Assembly (NCBI GenBank): GCA_002423125.1
Contig: DIUW01000061.1
Span: 197-64,196 of the forward strand
Length of the DNA: 64,000 bases
Direction: 5' to 3'
From: Legionellaceae bacterium UBA6148
GTDB taxonomy: Bacteria > Pseudomonadota > Gammaproteobacteria > Legionellales > Legionellaceae
The notes below the pieces were generated by a model. It did no database searches. It was not told where the DNA came from and worked only from the letters and a program-made list of their open reading frames with translations. Below, piece by piece: positions 55,924-64,000 of this stretch (position 1 is the first letter of the stretch; each line of letters begins with the position of its first letter). The translations under genes and the position numbers were made by a program.

Positions 55924-57261
55924 TCACCCTTCGGTAATACTAATCATATTCGTTAATGCTACTTTGGCATTATGAATAACCCATGATTGATCCATTTCAC
56001 TGAGTCGGTTTCGAATGCCTGTGAATTCATTGACGATATCACCGGCTTTCACCTGATTGTAAGGCATTGACTTTCCTTGGCGGAGTAAATCAAGTAGGGC
56101 GACAAGATGGGGCGGGTCATTACGAGACATGGTCGCGCAACCGCAACCCGTGCCTTTTTTATCAGCGGCGGAAGGCGCTTCGGCTAAATTGACGACGGTA
56201 ATGCCCAGTGCTAGGCAATGTTGTTTTAAATTCTCAACCATGTGATTTTCAGTTGCAATGGCATATTGTTTTGTTTTGGCGCGGTCGTTCGTGACATAGT
56301 CCCATATAAAGGCAGTCGAACCCGCATGTTGAGCCACGCGAATCACTTCATTGCGGCATTCTGGGTGTGCGATGGTTGTATAGCCTTGCGTGTGCCAATA
56401 TTCACACATTGCAGCATCATATACCGTATGAACTGCGCAATGGCTTGAAAATAAAATCATTTCCGACCGATCAAATTGTTCCAGTGTTTTTTTATCTTGA
56501 TCATTTAACGAGTACTGAGCGCCGGCTGTACCGCCTGGCCAATAAGCAAGATTTTTCATACCGAGCCAATAGGCTACATTTTCGCCCATGTGTTGATCCG
56601 GGATGAATAAAATTTTCTTATTTTTTGCTCGAGCCCATTGAATAATTTTTTGTACATTTGAACTCGTGCAAACAGCACCACCTTGGGCTCCTGTCATGGC
56701 CTTGACGCGGCCGGAGGTGTTCATGTAACAAATAGGAAGAATATTCTCAGCACCATAACGCGCATTGAGATCAATAAATGCGGGTTCTACCATGAAGTCT
56801 TTGGCGAGAATTTCCATTGTACAGCCTGACTTAGGATTAGTGATATACACGTCCTGATTGTGATTCGCTAAAATACTGATGGATTCAGCCATAAAATGCA
56901 CGGCCGATTCAATGATAACGGATTTTTCAGGATGATTTGCAGCCATTAACGCCAATTGATATGAGTCACCAATTTGCCCCCCAAATTGTTCGATCAGACG
57001 TACGATGTCACCGCCCATATAGTAATGTGCTAATAAAAGTAATTGATCACCAAAATGAGCTTGGGCTTTTTGGACATAGGGAGTCATCCACGCCAATATC
57101 GTCGTTAGTTTACGATCGGGAAGTGCTTGATACTCTTCTGCATAAGGAATGAACTCATCTTGATACCAATCGAGAGGGTAATCTGCTTGACAGATACTCA
57201 TGTCATTCGTGATGTGCATTTGAGTTTGATGCGGTTGGTATATGCTATTTGATTCGAACAT
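55924..57261 (-). CDS. nadA: Quinolinate synthase NadA (long form, 445 aa)
   Basis: LLAHYY, SGCTM, HPEC and CGCATM-type cluster-ligand regions. Adjacent to nadB. It has N- and C-terminal extensions relative to the roughly 350 aa enterobacterial enzyme. Confidence 0.8.
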   Translation of the reverse strand: MFESNSIYQPHQTQMHITNDMSICQADYPLDWYQDEFIPYAEEYQALPDRKLTTILAWMTPYVQKAQAHFGDQLLLLAHYYMGGDIVRLIEQFGGQIGDSYQLALMAANHPEKSVIIESAVHFMAESISILANHNQDVYITNPKSGCTMEILAKDFMVEPAFIDLNARYGAENILPICYMNTSGRVKAMTGAQGGAVCTSSNVQKIIQWARAKNKKILFIPDQHMGENVAYWLGMKNLAYWPGGTAGAQYSLNDQDKKTLEQFDRSEMILFSSHCAVHTVYDAAMCEYWHTQGYTTIAHPECRNEVIRVAQHAGSTAFIWDYVTNDRAKTKQYAIATENHMVENLKQHCLALGITVVNLAEAPSAADKKGTGCGCATMSRNDPPHLVALLDLLRQGKSMPYNQVKAGDIVNEFTGIRNRLSEMDQSWVIHNAKVALTNMISITEG

Positions 57262-57301
57262 CGGATTTAGCCTCTAGAGAGAAAATCGGCATTGTGAGGT
57301 A

Positions 57302-57343
57302 CGAAGCAATCCAGGATTGCTTCGCTTCGCTCGCAATGACGAG
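57302..57343. repeat. Short GC-rich palindromic unit between nadB and nadA
   Basis: cgaagcaatccaggattgcttcg hairpin followed by cttcgctcgcaatgacgag. Related to 5621-5667. It creates spurious ORFs on both strands. Confidence 0.5.
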
Positions 57344-57354
57344 TATTTTTTGTT

Positions 57355-58998
57355 TTATTCATTACGGCATCCCCGAATACTTGCGATGCTTTCCTGAGCA
57401 AGGACATGTTGCAACGGAAAGTCTTCACGGTAGTGGCCGCCACGTGATTCTCGTCGTGCCAAGGCTCCTCTGACGATGAGCTCTGCAACACAAATAATAT
57501 TGCGCAATTCAATAAAGTCCAGTGTAATGCAATGCTTCCAATAGTATTCTTCGATGATTTTATGTCTGTGGGTAATGAGCTCCAGAACATCACTCAACCC
57601 GTCTTCAGTGCGGATAATGCCCGCATAAGAGGTCATTTCTCCACGCAAACTACGCCAGTGTGCATTAATTTGGCTAGCACGGCGCGCATTTACTTTTGTT
57701 GGTGAACTCCACATCGGAATATCTATCATTAGATCGCGATGTGTTAATGCATCGTTGACGGATGATCGGGCCGCATTTGATGCCATAACAACCGCTTCGA
57801 GTAACGAGTTACTCGCCAATCGATTGGCTCCGTGTAAGCCTGTAAATGCAACCTCACCTATAGCGTATAGACGTTTGATATCCGTTTGGCCTTTCATGTC
57901 GGTTAATACGCCACCGCATTGATAATGTGCGGCAGGAACAACAGGGATCATGTCCTGACTCATCTCAATGCCTATTGAGCTTAAGGTTTCATAAATTTGT
58001 GGAAAGCGCTTTTTTAAGAAGGCTTTCGGTTGATGGGTAATGTCTAAATATACAAAACGACTGTTGCTTTGCTCTATTTCATTAAATATCGCTCTCGAAA
58101 CCACGTCCCGAGTTGCCAGTTCTAATTGAGCAGGAGCGTAATGCATCATAAAACGATCACCCGTATCGGCATTTTTAAGTAACGCACCTTCGCCTCTGAC
58201 CGCTTCAGAAATTAAAAAATTATTCAGTGTTTCGTGATATAAGAGGGTGGGATGAAATTGATAAAATTCCATATTGCCAACACGAGCCCCAGCGCGATAA
58301 GCCATGGCAACCCCATCACCCGTTGCAACCATTGGATTGGTCGTGTAACGATATGTTTTCCCTGAACCTCCCGTTGCAAGTACGACACAGTTCGCTAAAA
58401 AGGTATGAATTTTATTTTTTATATTATCTAAAATATACGCGCCCAATACTTCTGCTTGCGTAGCGACTTGATGAGGGTGATATTGAGTAATGAGATTAAC
58501 GGCAATATGGTGTTCAAAAATATGAATATTAGGGTGTTGTCGGACGGTCAGGTTGAGCGCTTCGATGATGCTCAGCCCTGTTTGATCCCCGCAATGAAGG
58601 ATGCGTCGATGACTATGTCCCCCTTCTTGAGCAAGCGCATATTCGCCATTTTGCTCTCTCTGAAATTGAATGGGATATTGCTGAAGCTGATCGATCGCTT
58701 CGGGTCCTTGACCGATGATTGTTTCAACGGATGGGCGATAACATAGCCCATCTCCGGCTTGCAAGGTGTCATGAATATGAGATGCAATTGAATCTTCGTT
58801 TGCATATGCTGCGGCAACGCCACCTTGAGCATAACGACTATTGCACTCAAACGCATTCGTTTTACTAATGAGCGCTATCTGTAAATGGGGTTTCAATTTC
58901 AATAGTTGCTGGCAATAGTGCAGTCCAGCAAGCCCGGTGCCAATGACTAAAACATCAAATTCAAGCGTTGTTCCGCATTGTGATAGAGGACGACTCAT
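57355..58998 (-). CDS. nadB: L-aspartate oxidase
   Basis: FAD motif FDVLVIGTGLAGL, plus RYAQGG, HPT and GANRLASNSLLE. The start overlaps the purB stop by 4 nt. Confidence 0.9.
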   Translation of the reverse strand: MSRPLSQCGTTLEFDVLVIGTGLAGLHYCQQLLKLKPHLQIALISKTNAFECNSRYAQGGVAAAYANEDSIASHIHDTLQAGDGLCYRPSVETIIGQGPEAIDQLQQYPIQFQREQNGEYALAQEGGHSHRRILHCGDQTGLSIIEALNLTVRQHPNIHIFEHHIAVNLITQYHPHQVATQAEVLGAYILDNIKNKIHTFLANCVVLATGGSGKTYRYTTNPMVATGDGVAMAYRAGARVGNMEFYQFHPTLLYHETLNNFLISEAVRGEGALLKNADTGDRFMMHYAPAQLELATRDVVSRAIFNEIEQSNSRFVYLDITHQPKAFLKKRFPQIYETLSSIGIEMSQDMIPVVPAAHYQCGGVLTDMKGQTDIKRLYAIGEVAFTGLHGANRLASNSLLEAVVMASNAARSSVNDALTHRDLMIDIPMWSSPTKVNARRASQINAHWRSLRGEMTSYAGIIRTEDGLSDVLELITHRHKIIEEYYWKHCITLDFIELRNIICVAELIVRGALARRESRGGHYREDFPLQHVLAQESIASIRGCRNE

Positions 58999-60365
58999 AA
59001 AAATGCTTTAACTAATTGAGAAGCAAGCCCTGTATAGTCAGCCGGTGTCAAATCTAAAAGCTGCTTGCGCGCCTCTTCTGGAATATTCAATGATTGAATA
59101 AACTGTTTTAATTTAGCATGATCAATGTCATGACCACGTGTTAAATCGCGCATTTGCTCATAGGCATCAGGTACACTATATCGCCGCATAACGGTTTGAA
59201 TTGCTTCGGTCAACACGTCCCAGCGATCGTGCAGATCGTCATCCAATGCGGTTTGATTAATTTGTAATTTGTCATTGCCTTTTGCAATCGCTTGATAGGC
59301 GATTAAGGCATAGGCAAATGCGGCGCCTAAATTTCGCATGACGGTTGAGTCTGATAAATCGCGTTGTAAGCGTGACTGCGTTAACTTATTAGCGAAATGT
59401 TCAAACAAGGCATTGGCTAAACCCAAGTTTCCTTCGGCATTTTCAAAATCAATTGGATTTACTTTGTGAGGCATCGTCGAAGAACCGACTTCTTCTGCTA
59501 TCGTTTTTTGTTTGAAATAGCCTAGCGAAATGTAACTCCATACATCGCGAGTGTAATCCAACAAAATATTATTGATGCGGATCATGATGTGCGACACTTC
59601 GGCAATACCATCATGAGGTTCAATTTGAGTGGAGTAGGCATTGAATGACAAGCCTAGGTCGGTAACAAATTGGCTGCAATGTTTACGCCAGTTGATATTA
59701 GGATACGCAACCACATGAGCATTATAATTGCCGACGGCCCCATTGAATTTGGCTGAAATCAGCACTTCGGCAAGCTGTTGCAAGGGACGCTTCAGGCGAG
59801 ATGCAAAGTTGATTAATTCTTTCCCAATGGTGGTTGGGGTAGCGGGTTGGCCGTGTGTTCGTCCAAGCATTGCGGCATTGCCATGTTGCTTGCCAAGTAA
59901 TGTAACACCGCCTGTAATTTCAGCGAGTGTCGGTTGAATGATTTGAGCGATTGCTTCTTTCATCATCAAAGCATACGCAAGGTTATTAATATCCTCAGAT
60001 GTGCAACCAAAGTGAATAAAGCTGGTAATTTGGCTTAAGGCAGGAGATTCACTGAGCTTTTCTTTAAGATAATATTCGATGGCTTTCACATCATGATTGG
60101 TTTTTCCTTCATAGGCCTTGATTTTTAATGCTTCAGCTTCATCAAAACGAGCCAAAATGTCGTCGAGGAAATGTTTCAAATCATCACTGAGCGGCTGAAT
60201 TTCTGTAATATTATCATGTGCAGCTAATGATTCTAACCAGCGAATTTCAACCATAAGGCGATAATAAATAAGAGCAAATTCACTGAAAAACGGACTCAAT
60301 GCTTGCGTTTTTTTTAAATATCGCCCGTCGATCGGGGAGATGGCGTTTAATTCAGATAATGTCAT
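58995..60365 (-). CDS. purB: Adenylosuccinate lyase
   Basis: 456 aa with SPIDGRY, the fumarate-lyase signature GSSTMPHKVNP, and collinearity with PurB. Confidence 0.95.
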   Translation of the reverse strand: MTLSELNAISPIDGRYLKKTQALSPFFSEFALIYYRLMVEIRWLESLAAHDNITEIQPLSDDLKHFLDDILARFDEAEALKIKAYEGKTNHDVKAIEYYLKEKLSESPALSQITSFIHFGCTSEDINNLAYALMMKEAIAQIIQPTLAEITGGVTLLGKQHGNAAMLGRTHGQPATPTTIGKELINFASRLKRPLQQLAEVLISAKFNGAVGNYNAHVVAYPNINWRKHCSQFVTDLGLSFNAYSTQIEPHDGIAEVSHIMIRINNILLDYTRDVWSYISLGYFKQKTIAEEVGSSTMPHKVNPIDFENAEGNLGLANALFEHFANKLTQSRLQRDLSDSTVMRNLGAAFAYALIAYQAIAKGNDKLQINQTALDDDLHDRWDVLTEAIQTVMRRYSVPDAYEQMRDLTRGHDIDHAKLKQFIQSLNIPEEARKQLLDLTPADYTGLASQLVKAFL

Positions 60366-60488
60366 TGAATTCGTCCAGGCTATGATAGTAAAGGGTGTAT
60401 GATATTAGATGTTAAGGCAGATGTGAACAATGCATTACAATTTAGCATTAGTTTAGGTTAAAATAGTGTGATCTTTCGAGGACTATAT

Positions 60489-61226
60489 ATGCTAAGCGTT
60501 ATCATTATCACCAAAAATGAAGAAGACAATATCAGACGTTGTTTAGAATCGGTTCGATTTGCTGATGAAATTATTGTGATTGACTCCGGGAGTACGGACG
60601 CTACCGTCGACATTGCTCGTGAATTTACGTCGCATGTATTTTTGATGGATTGGCAGGGTTACGGTGTGCAAAAGCAGCGTGCGCTTGAAAAAGCAACGGG
60701 CGATTGGGTGCTTAATTTGGACGCTGATGAGTCCTTAAGTGATTTGCTCCAAGCTGATATTCAGCGCGTCGTACAAGAAAATGCAGCAGATGGTTATCGT
60801 ATTCCGATTCGAATGTGTTTTTATGGAAAACCATTGCGTTATTCTTATAGCCCAACACGCCATATCCGCTTGTTTAAACGGAAGGGCGCTTTTTATAGTC
60901 CCATTCTTGTTCATGAAAATATTACTCTTCCAGAGTCTGCTCATATTTTGCAACTCAAAAATCATATTTGGCACTCGTCGTTTCAAGATCTGAGCCATGC
61001 GATAAATAAAATCAATCGTTACTCATCTTATGGCGCCCAGATTCGAATTGACAATAAGAAATCAGGCAGCTTTCTAAAAACAATAGCAGCAAGCACGTGG
61101 ATGTTTTTTCGATGTTATCTGTTACAACGTGGTTTTCTGGATGGAAAACCCGGATTTTTTTTAGCGTGTTTGAATTCTCAGGCTTCATTTTATAAAGGGA
61201 TGAAACAGATTTATAGAGATATTTAA
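60489..61226 (+). CDS. Family 2 glycosyltransferase (LPS core type, KdtX/WaaE-like)
   Basis: MLSVIIITKNEE, IVIDSGSTD and LNLDADE (DxD). I chose the start at the second ATG (60489). Confidence 0.8.
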   Translation: MLSVIIITKNEEDNIRRCLESVRFADEIIVIDSGSTDATVDIAREFTSHVFLMDWQGYGVQKQRALEKATGDWVLNLDADESLSDLLQADIQRVVQENAADGYRIPIRMCFYGKPLRYSYSPTRHIRLFKRKGAFYSPILVHENITLPESAHILQLKNHIWHSSFQDLSHAINKINRYSSYGAQIRIDNKKSGSFLKTIAASTWMFFRCYLLQRGFLDGKPGFFLACLNSQASFYKGMKQIYRDI

Positions 61227-61366
61227 TTTTCAGGCATGAGCAACTTTTTGATAGGGGTCGGAATGACCATATATACTTCGATTCAGTAGAGCCGAAATTA
61301 AAAAAACCAGTATTTTCTCTTCTTAATTTGTATAAATTCGAATCCGCAGTTTTTAGTGTAACTCCA

Positions 61367-61533
61367 GATCCGTTCGGGCTGAGGAGGCGCATACACAAGT
61401 GCGTGGTTGTAAAGACGTACACTGATGCGCCGTCTCGAAGCCTTGGCACAGTTCCCCAGGCTTCGAGACGGGGCGCAGCACGATGTGATACGCCCCGAGT
61501 ACGGTGTTTGCGCCTCCTCAGCCCGAACGGATC
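61367..61533. repeat. 167 bp GC-rich nested palindromic element between convergent genes
   Basis: The outer arms gatccgttcgggctgaggaggcgca (61367-61391) and tgcgcctcctcagcccgaacggatc (61509-61533) pair at 25/25. An inner hairpin gcgccgtctcgaagcct / aggcttcgagacggggcgc lies at 61427-61476. Both overlapping ORFs (61012-61596 and 61328-61618) read through it and look spurious. Confidence 0.85.
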
Positions 61534-61555
61534 ATGCAAAAACTCTAAAAACTTC

Positions 61556-62266
61556 TTAATGGGTATAAACAAAACCCGGTGCAATATATGGATCAAGTCG
61601 ATAGCGTGTCTGGCCTAATGGCCCCAAATCCGCCATGCACGGAACCTTAAACAGAGAAACTGCTGTTAAGGCTCCAGGGGGCGCTGCAGGCGGAGTTAGT
61701 AGTTGTTCATGCCTGCTTTGGGCTAATGATGGTGTAGTGGAAATACACCATTCACGCAAGCGTTGAAGCGCTTCTCTAGTTTCAGGCCTTTGTAGATCGG
61801 GTGGGCAAGCTGTACCTAATAACTGTATGAGTAGAGTGACTCTTTCTTGGATAATTTTTTCAATATTTTTTTGTACAGCCGGATCGACGAACGCTTGGTT
61901 TGATACCGCCTGATTCATAAAGGTCATATAATGATAGATTGACTGTTTAATTAGGCCTTCTTTATTATCTAGCTGATAGGTGGGATCACTTAAACTATGA
62001 GCCAGTTCAGCAAGATATAATGGTGCTTGTATACCGAGATTGGGATCGATTAAATCGCGTCGAAATCTTGCAAGCCATAATATTGCTGTGACGTGGCGGG
62101 CTGTTAGCTGTTGGAGAGCGTTTCTGCATAAGGCGAAAATCAGTGCGGATAACCCTCTGGTAAAGTCGCCCTGACAACGTAATGTAGGGTCTGGATGAGT
62201 ATTGAAAAGCGTGAGTGCCTGGCTTCTCAGTGCGTTAGGTGGATCATTTTGTTTAAAAAGTGGCAT
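61556..62266 (-). CDS. Hypothetical protein (236 aa)
   Basis: Clean ORF, helical, with no recognised motif. Divergent from the hydrolase gene. Confidence 0.55.
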   Translation of the reverse strand: MPLFKQNDPPNALRSQALTLFNTHPDPTLRCQGDFTRGLSALIFALCRNALQQLTARHVTAILWLARFRRDLIDPNLGIQAPLYLAELAHSLSDPTYQLDNKEGLIKQSIYHYMTFMNQAVSNQAFVDPAVQKNIEKIIQERVTLLIQLLGTACPPDLQRPETREALQRLREWCISTTPSLAQSRHEQLLTPPAAPPGALTAVSLFKVPCMADLGPLGQTRYRLDPYIAPGFVYTH

Positions 62267-62468
62267 AAAAACTCTTGAATGGATTAAATGAATTTTATTT
62301 TATCATACAAATCAGATTATTATTAACGTGTCTTTTTAATGCACTAGAAAATCAACCATTATAAATTTGAACATCGAGTTAAAATAAGGTTGGGTGTGGT
62401 TGATTTTTGCCCAAATTATGATACAATACCTACTTCGATTCATTATAAATTGTGTAAGCGAGAAAAAA

Positions 62469-64000
62469 ATGCCGAAAAAAATCAATCAAGAATTTCCGAT
62501 TCAATTTCCAGTAGATATATATGAAGCCTTTTCTGGTCTAGCTGAACGAGGGCTAATGACACCAACATATCTTTCTAGCTTAGTCATGTCAGCTGTATTG
62601 CCAGCCAAACTCACTGTAGAAAAAAAGAAGCCATTAGTAAATGATGAGCAAGGAATATGCACAGCACGATCATGGTTTGTGCGATCTAATCTTGAGGAAT
62701 ATCCATTTAACGATTTTAAAACTAACTACTATGACAAAATGGCTAAAACACATACATTGGCCTCACTATCAGTAGAGGGATTGGAAACGCTTGAAGCAAA
62801 GCAAAAGCAACCCAATCCGAACCAACAGTATGAAATTTTCTGTTGTGGCAATGGACAAGATGCTATGTATTTTTATACAGCCTACAATCGTATTATAACC
62901 GAGCCGAATAAAAATTATATATTTTGGAATTACCCTGGAGTAGGTTCCAGTAAAGGTGGAGCGCATTCTACGCATCCTTTATTTAAAGCAGGCTATCAGC
63001 AGGCTAAGCGTCTCATTGATCAAGGCATTCCCGCACACAATATCACTCTTCATGGCATTTCATTAGGTGGAGGCGTTGCAACGCATGTGGCACGACAACT
63101 GCATGAAGAAGGTCACCTGGTTCATCTTGAAATAGATCGATCGTTTGCGCGTCTTGCATTGGTTATTCCAGAAAGTCTTAAACGAAGTATGATCAATGAA
63201 TACACTTCTAAACAATCAAGTTATGCCCCATTGATTACCTCGACTGTCGCGCTGGCTCTTTCAGGTGTCGCCTTGGGCACGACATTTGCTGGATTTGTAT
63301 CTTCAGTAGGCTTGGTAACTGCTAGCGCAACAGCAGCTGTTGGCTATATTGGCGCGGTTTGTATTCAAGCAGTTGGACTCTTGCTGCAAAAAATAATGAC
63401 CGTTATTGGCGAAATGATAGCGTTTCCATTGAGCTTCATTTCAAAATCGATAAGCGATAATATTAAATCCTTATTCAATAATATGGGTTATTGCTTGGCC
63501 TATCCATTTAATTTGGCCGCTTTTGCAATAAATGAAACATTTTCAACCCTGGCATCATTTATTGATAATGCTGTTAACTTGATAAGTAGCATTGTAGGTG
63601 GTGCAATTGCTGTCGGCGGTTTAGTGGCTGGTAGTTTAGCGGGCTTGGTTTTCGGTGCGCTTCTTTCAATTCAACTATTATGGACTGACAAACCACTCAC
63701 GATGCCAATGACATTTGCCTTTAGTGCTGCACTTTATTCATTATGTTGCGAAATGGATTCTGTAAGTGAAATGCACCGGTTGTTAAACGCAGACAGTAAA
63801 CCTGAGAATATAACAAAAGAACAGCCCAAGATAAGTGTGACTAACGTAATTGATGATAAGGTGATAGATGTCGCTGCTTCACTCAGTATAGGGCTTGGGT
63901 TGAAGCCGGGAAAACCATCTGATGATGAAAACCGACCTTTAAAAGAAAAAATAACCTCTTTTTGGTATCGTAGTGGAGGTCATAACGGAGAGTTGAAGAA
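62469..64000 (+). CDS. Alpha/beta-hydrolase-like protein (GxSxG) with Gly/Ala-rich membrane segments; 3' end outside window (absent from the ORF track because no stop is reached)
   Basis: My own translation from the ATG at 62469 stays open to the window end (510 codons). Nucleophile elbow ITLHGISLGGGVATH after FCCGNGQDAMYFY. Two long glycine-zipper-like hydrophobic stretches follow (ALALSGVALGTTFAGFVSSVGLVTASATAAVGYIGAV; IVGGAIAVGGLVAGSLAGLVFGALL). Confidence 0.7.
   Translation, partial: MPKKINQEFPIQFPVDIYEAFSGLAERGLMTPTYLSSLVMSAVLPAKLTVEKKKPLVNDEQGICTARSWFVRSNLEEYPFNDFKTNYYDKMAKTHTLASLSVEGLETLEAKQKQPNPNQQYEIFCCGNGQDAMYFYTAYNRIITEPNKNYIFWNYPGVGSSKGGAHSTHPLFKAGYQQAKRLIDQGIPAHNITLHGISLGGGVATHVARQLHEEGHLVHLEIDRSFARLALVIPESLKRSMINEYTSKQSSYAPLITSTVALALSGVALGTTFAGFVSSVGLVTASATAAVGYIGAVCIQAVGLLLQKIMTVIGEMIAFPLSFISKSISDNIKSLFNNMGYCLAYPFNLAAFAINETFSTLASFIDNAVNLISSIVGGAIAVGGLVAGSLAGLVFGALLSIQLLWTDKPLTMPMTFAFSAALYSLCCEMDSVSEMHRLLNADSKPENITKEQPKISVTNVIDDKVIDVAASLSIGLGLKPGKPSDDENRPLKEKITSFWYRSGGHNGELK

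Noticed and set aside
57249-57593. 74 aa (plus) and 108 aa (minus) ORFs at the nadB/nadA junction.
   Set aside because: They overlap the nadB 3' end and the short GC-rich repeat. The HCERSEAI-type peptide is a translation of that repeat.
61012-61618. 194 aa (minus) and 96 aa (plus) ORFs overlapping each other.
   Set aside because: Both are read-throughs of the 167 bp GC-rich palindrome. The mirror-image peptide strings (DPFGLRRR on both strands) are an artefact of the inverted repeat.
61271-62452. A shared 12-mer, tacttcgattca, at 61275-61286 and 62441-62452 flanks the 236 aa gene and was considered as possible direct repeats.
   Set aside because: A single 12 nt match within 64 kb of AT-rich DNA is within chance expectation, and no further similarity extends from it.

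Overview
This window looks like an AT-rich gammaproteobacterial chromosome segment, most consistent with Legionella or another Legionellales genome. That assignment is an inference from gene content: a eukaryote-type GDA1/CD39 NTPDase, a split lspD-lspE type II secretion locus, and many very large orphan ORFs resembling Dot/Icm effectors. All calls come from reading the ORF translations and the DNA by eye. No database search was run.

Conserved housekeeping blocks:
- comEC
- yciB
- folD-gspE-gspD
- the large NAD-glutamate dehydrogenase plus cytochrome b561
- sdhE-ygfX
- queF
- tRNA-Met
- htrA-pgeF-rluD-miaB
- slt
- nadA-nadB-purB

Accessory content between those blocks:
- A 15 kb cluster (17.5-32.5 kb) holds an orphan minimal nucleotidyltransferase and four giant ORFs of 974-1617 aa with no motif I recognise.
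- A fifth giant ORF (43.2-46.2 kb) is a distant paralog of one of them. It lies in a roughly 4.9 kb islet bounded by the tRNA-Met 3' end and a short degenerate copy of that end, with an IS5-family insertion just upstream.
- Smaller accessory genes include a J-domain (HPD) polytopic membrane protein, three L,D-transpeptidase-like genes, a secreted Gly/His 11-residue-repeat miniprotein, and a GxSxG hydrolase with glycine-zipper membrane segments.

Non-coding signals that the ORF track does not explain:
- A roughly 150 nt unit between two L,D-transpeptidase genes carries seven GGA motifs, its own promoter and a strong intrinsic terminator. It is a candidate RsmY/RsmZ-type CsrA-sponge sRNA.
- A GC-rich structured segment at 10272-10421 has a 19 bp interrupted closing stem and may be a 6S-like ncRNA.
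- An approximately 80 bp REP-like family occurs in four co-oriented copies, two of which contribute codons to neighbouring genes.
- A 176 bp MITE is flanked by a perfect 10 bp target-site duplication.
- There is a 160 bp near-perfect hairpin upstream of gdh and a 167 bp nested GC-rich palindrome.

I saw no CRISPR array, rRNA, integrase or prophage genes.
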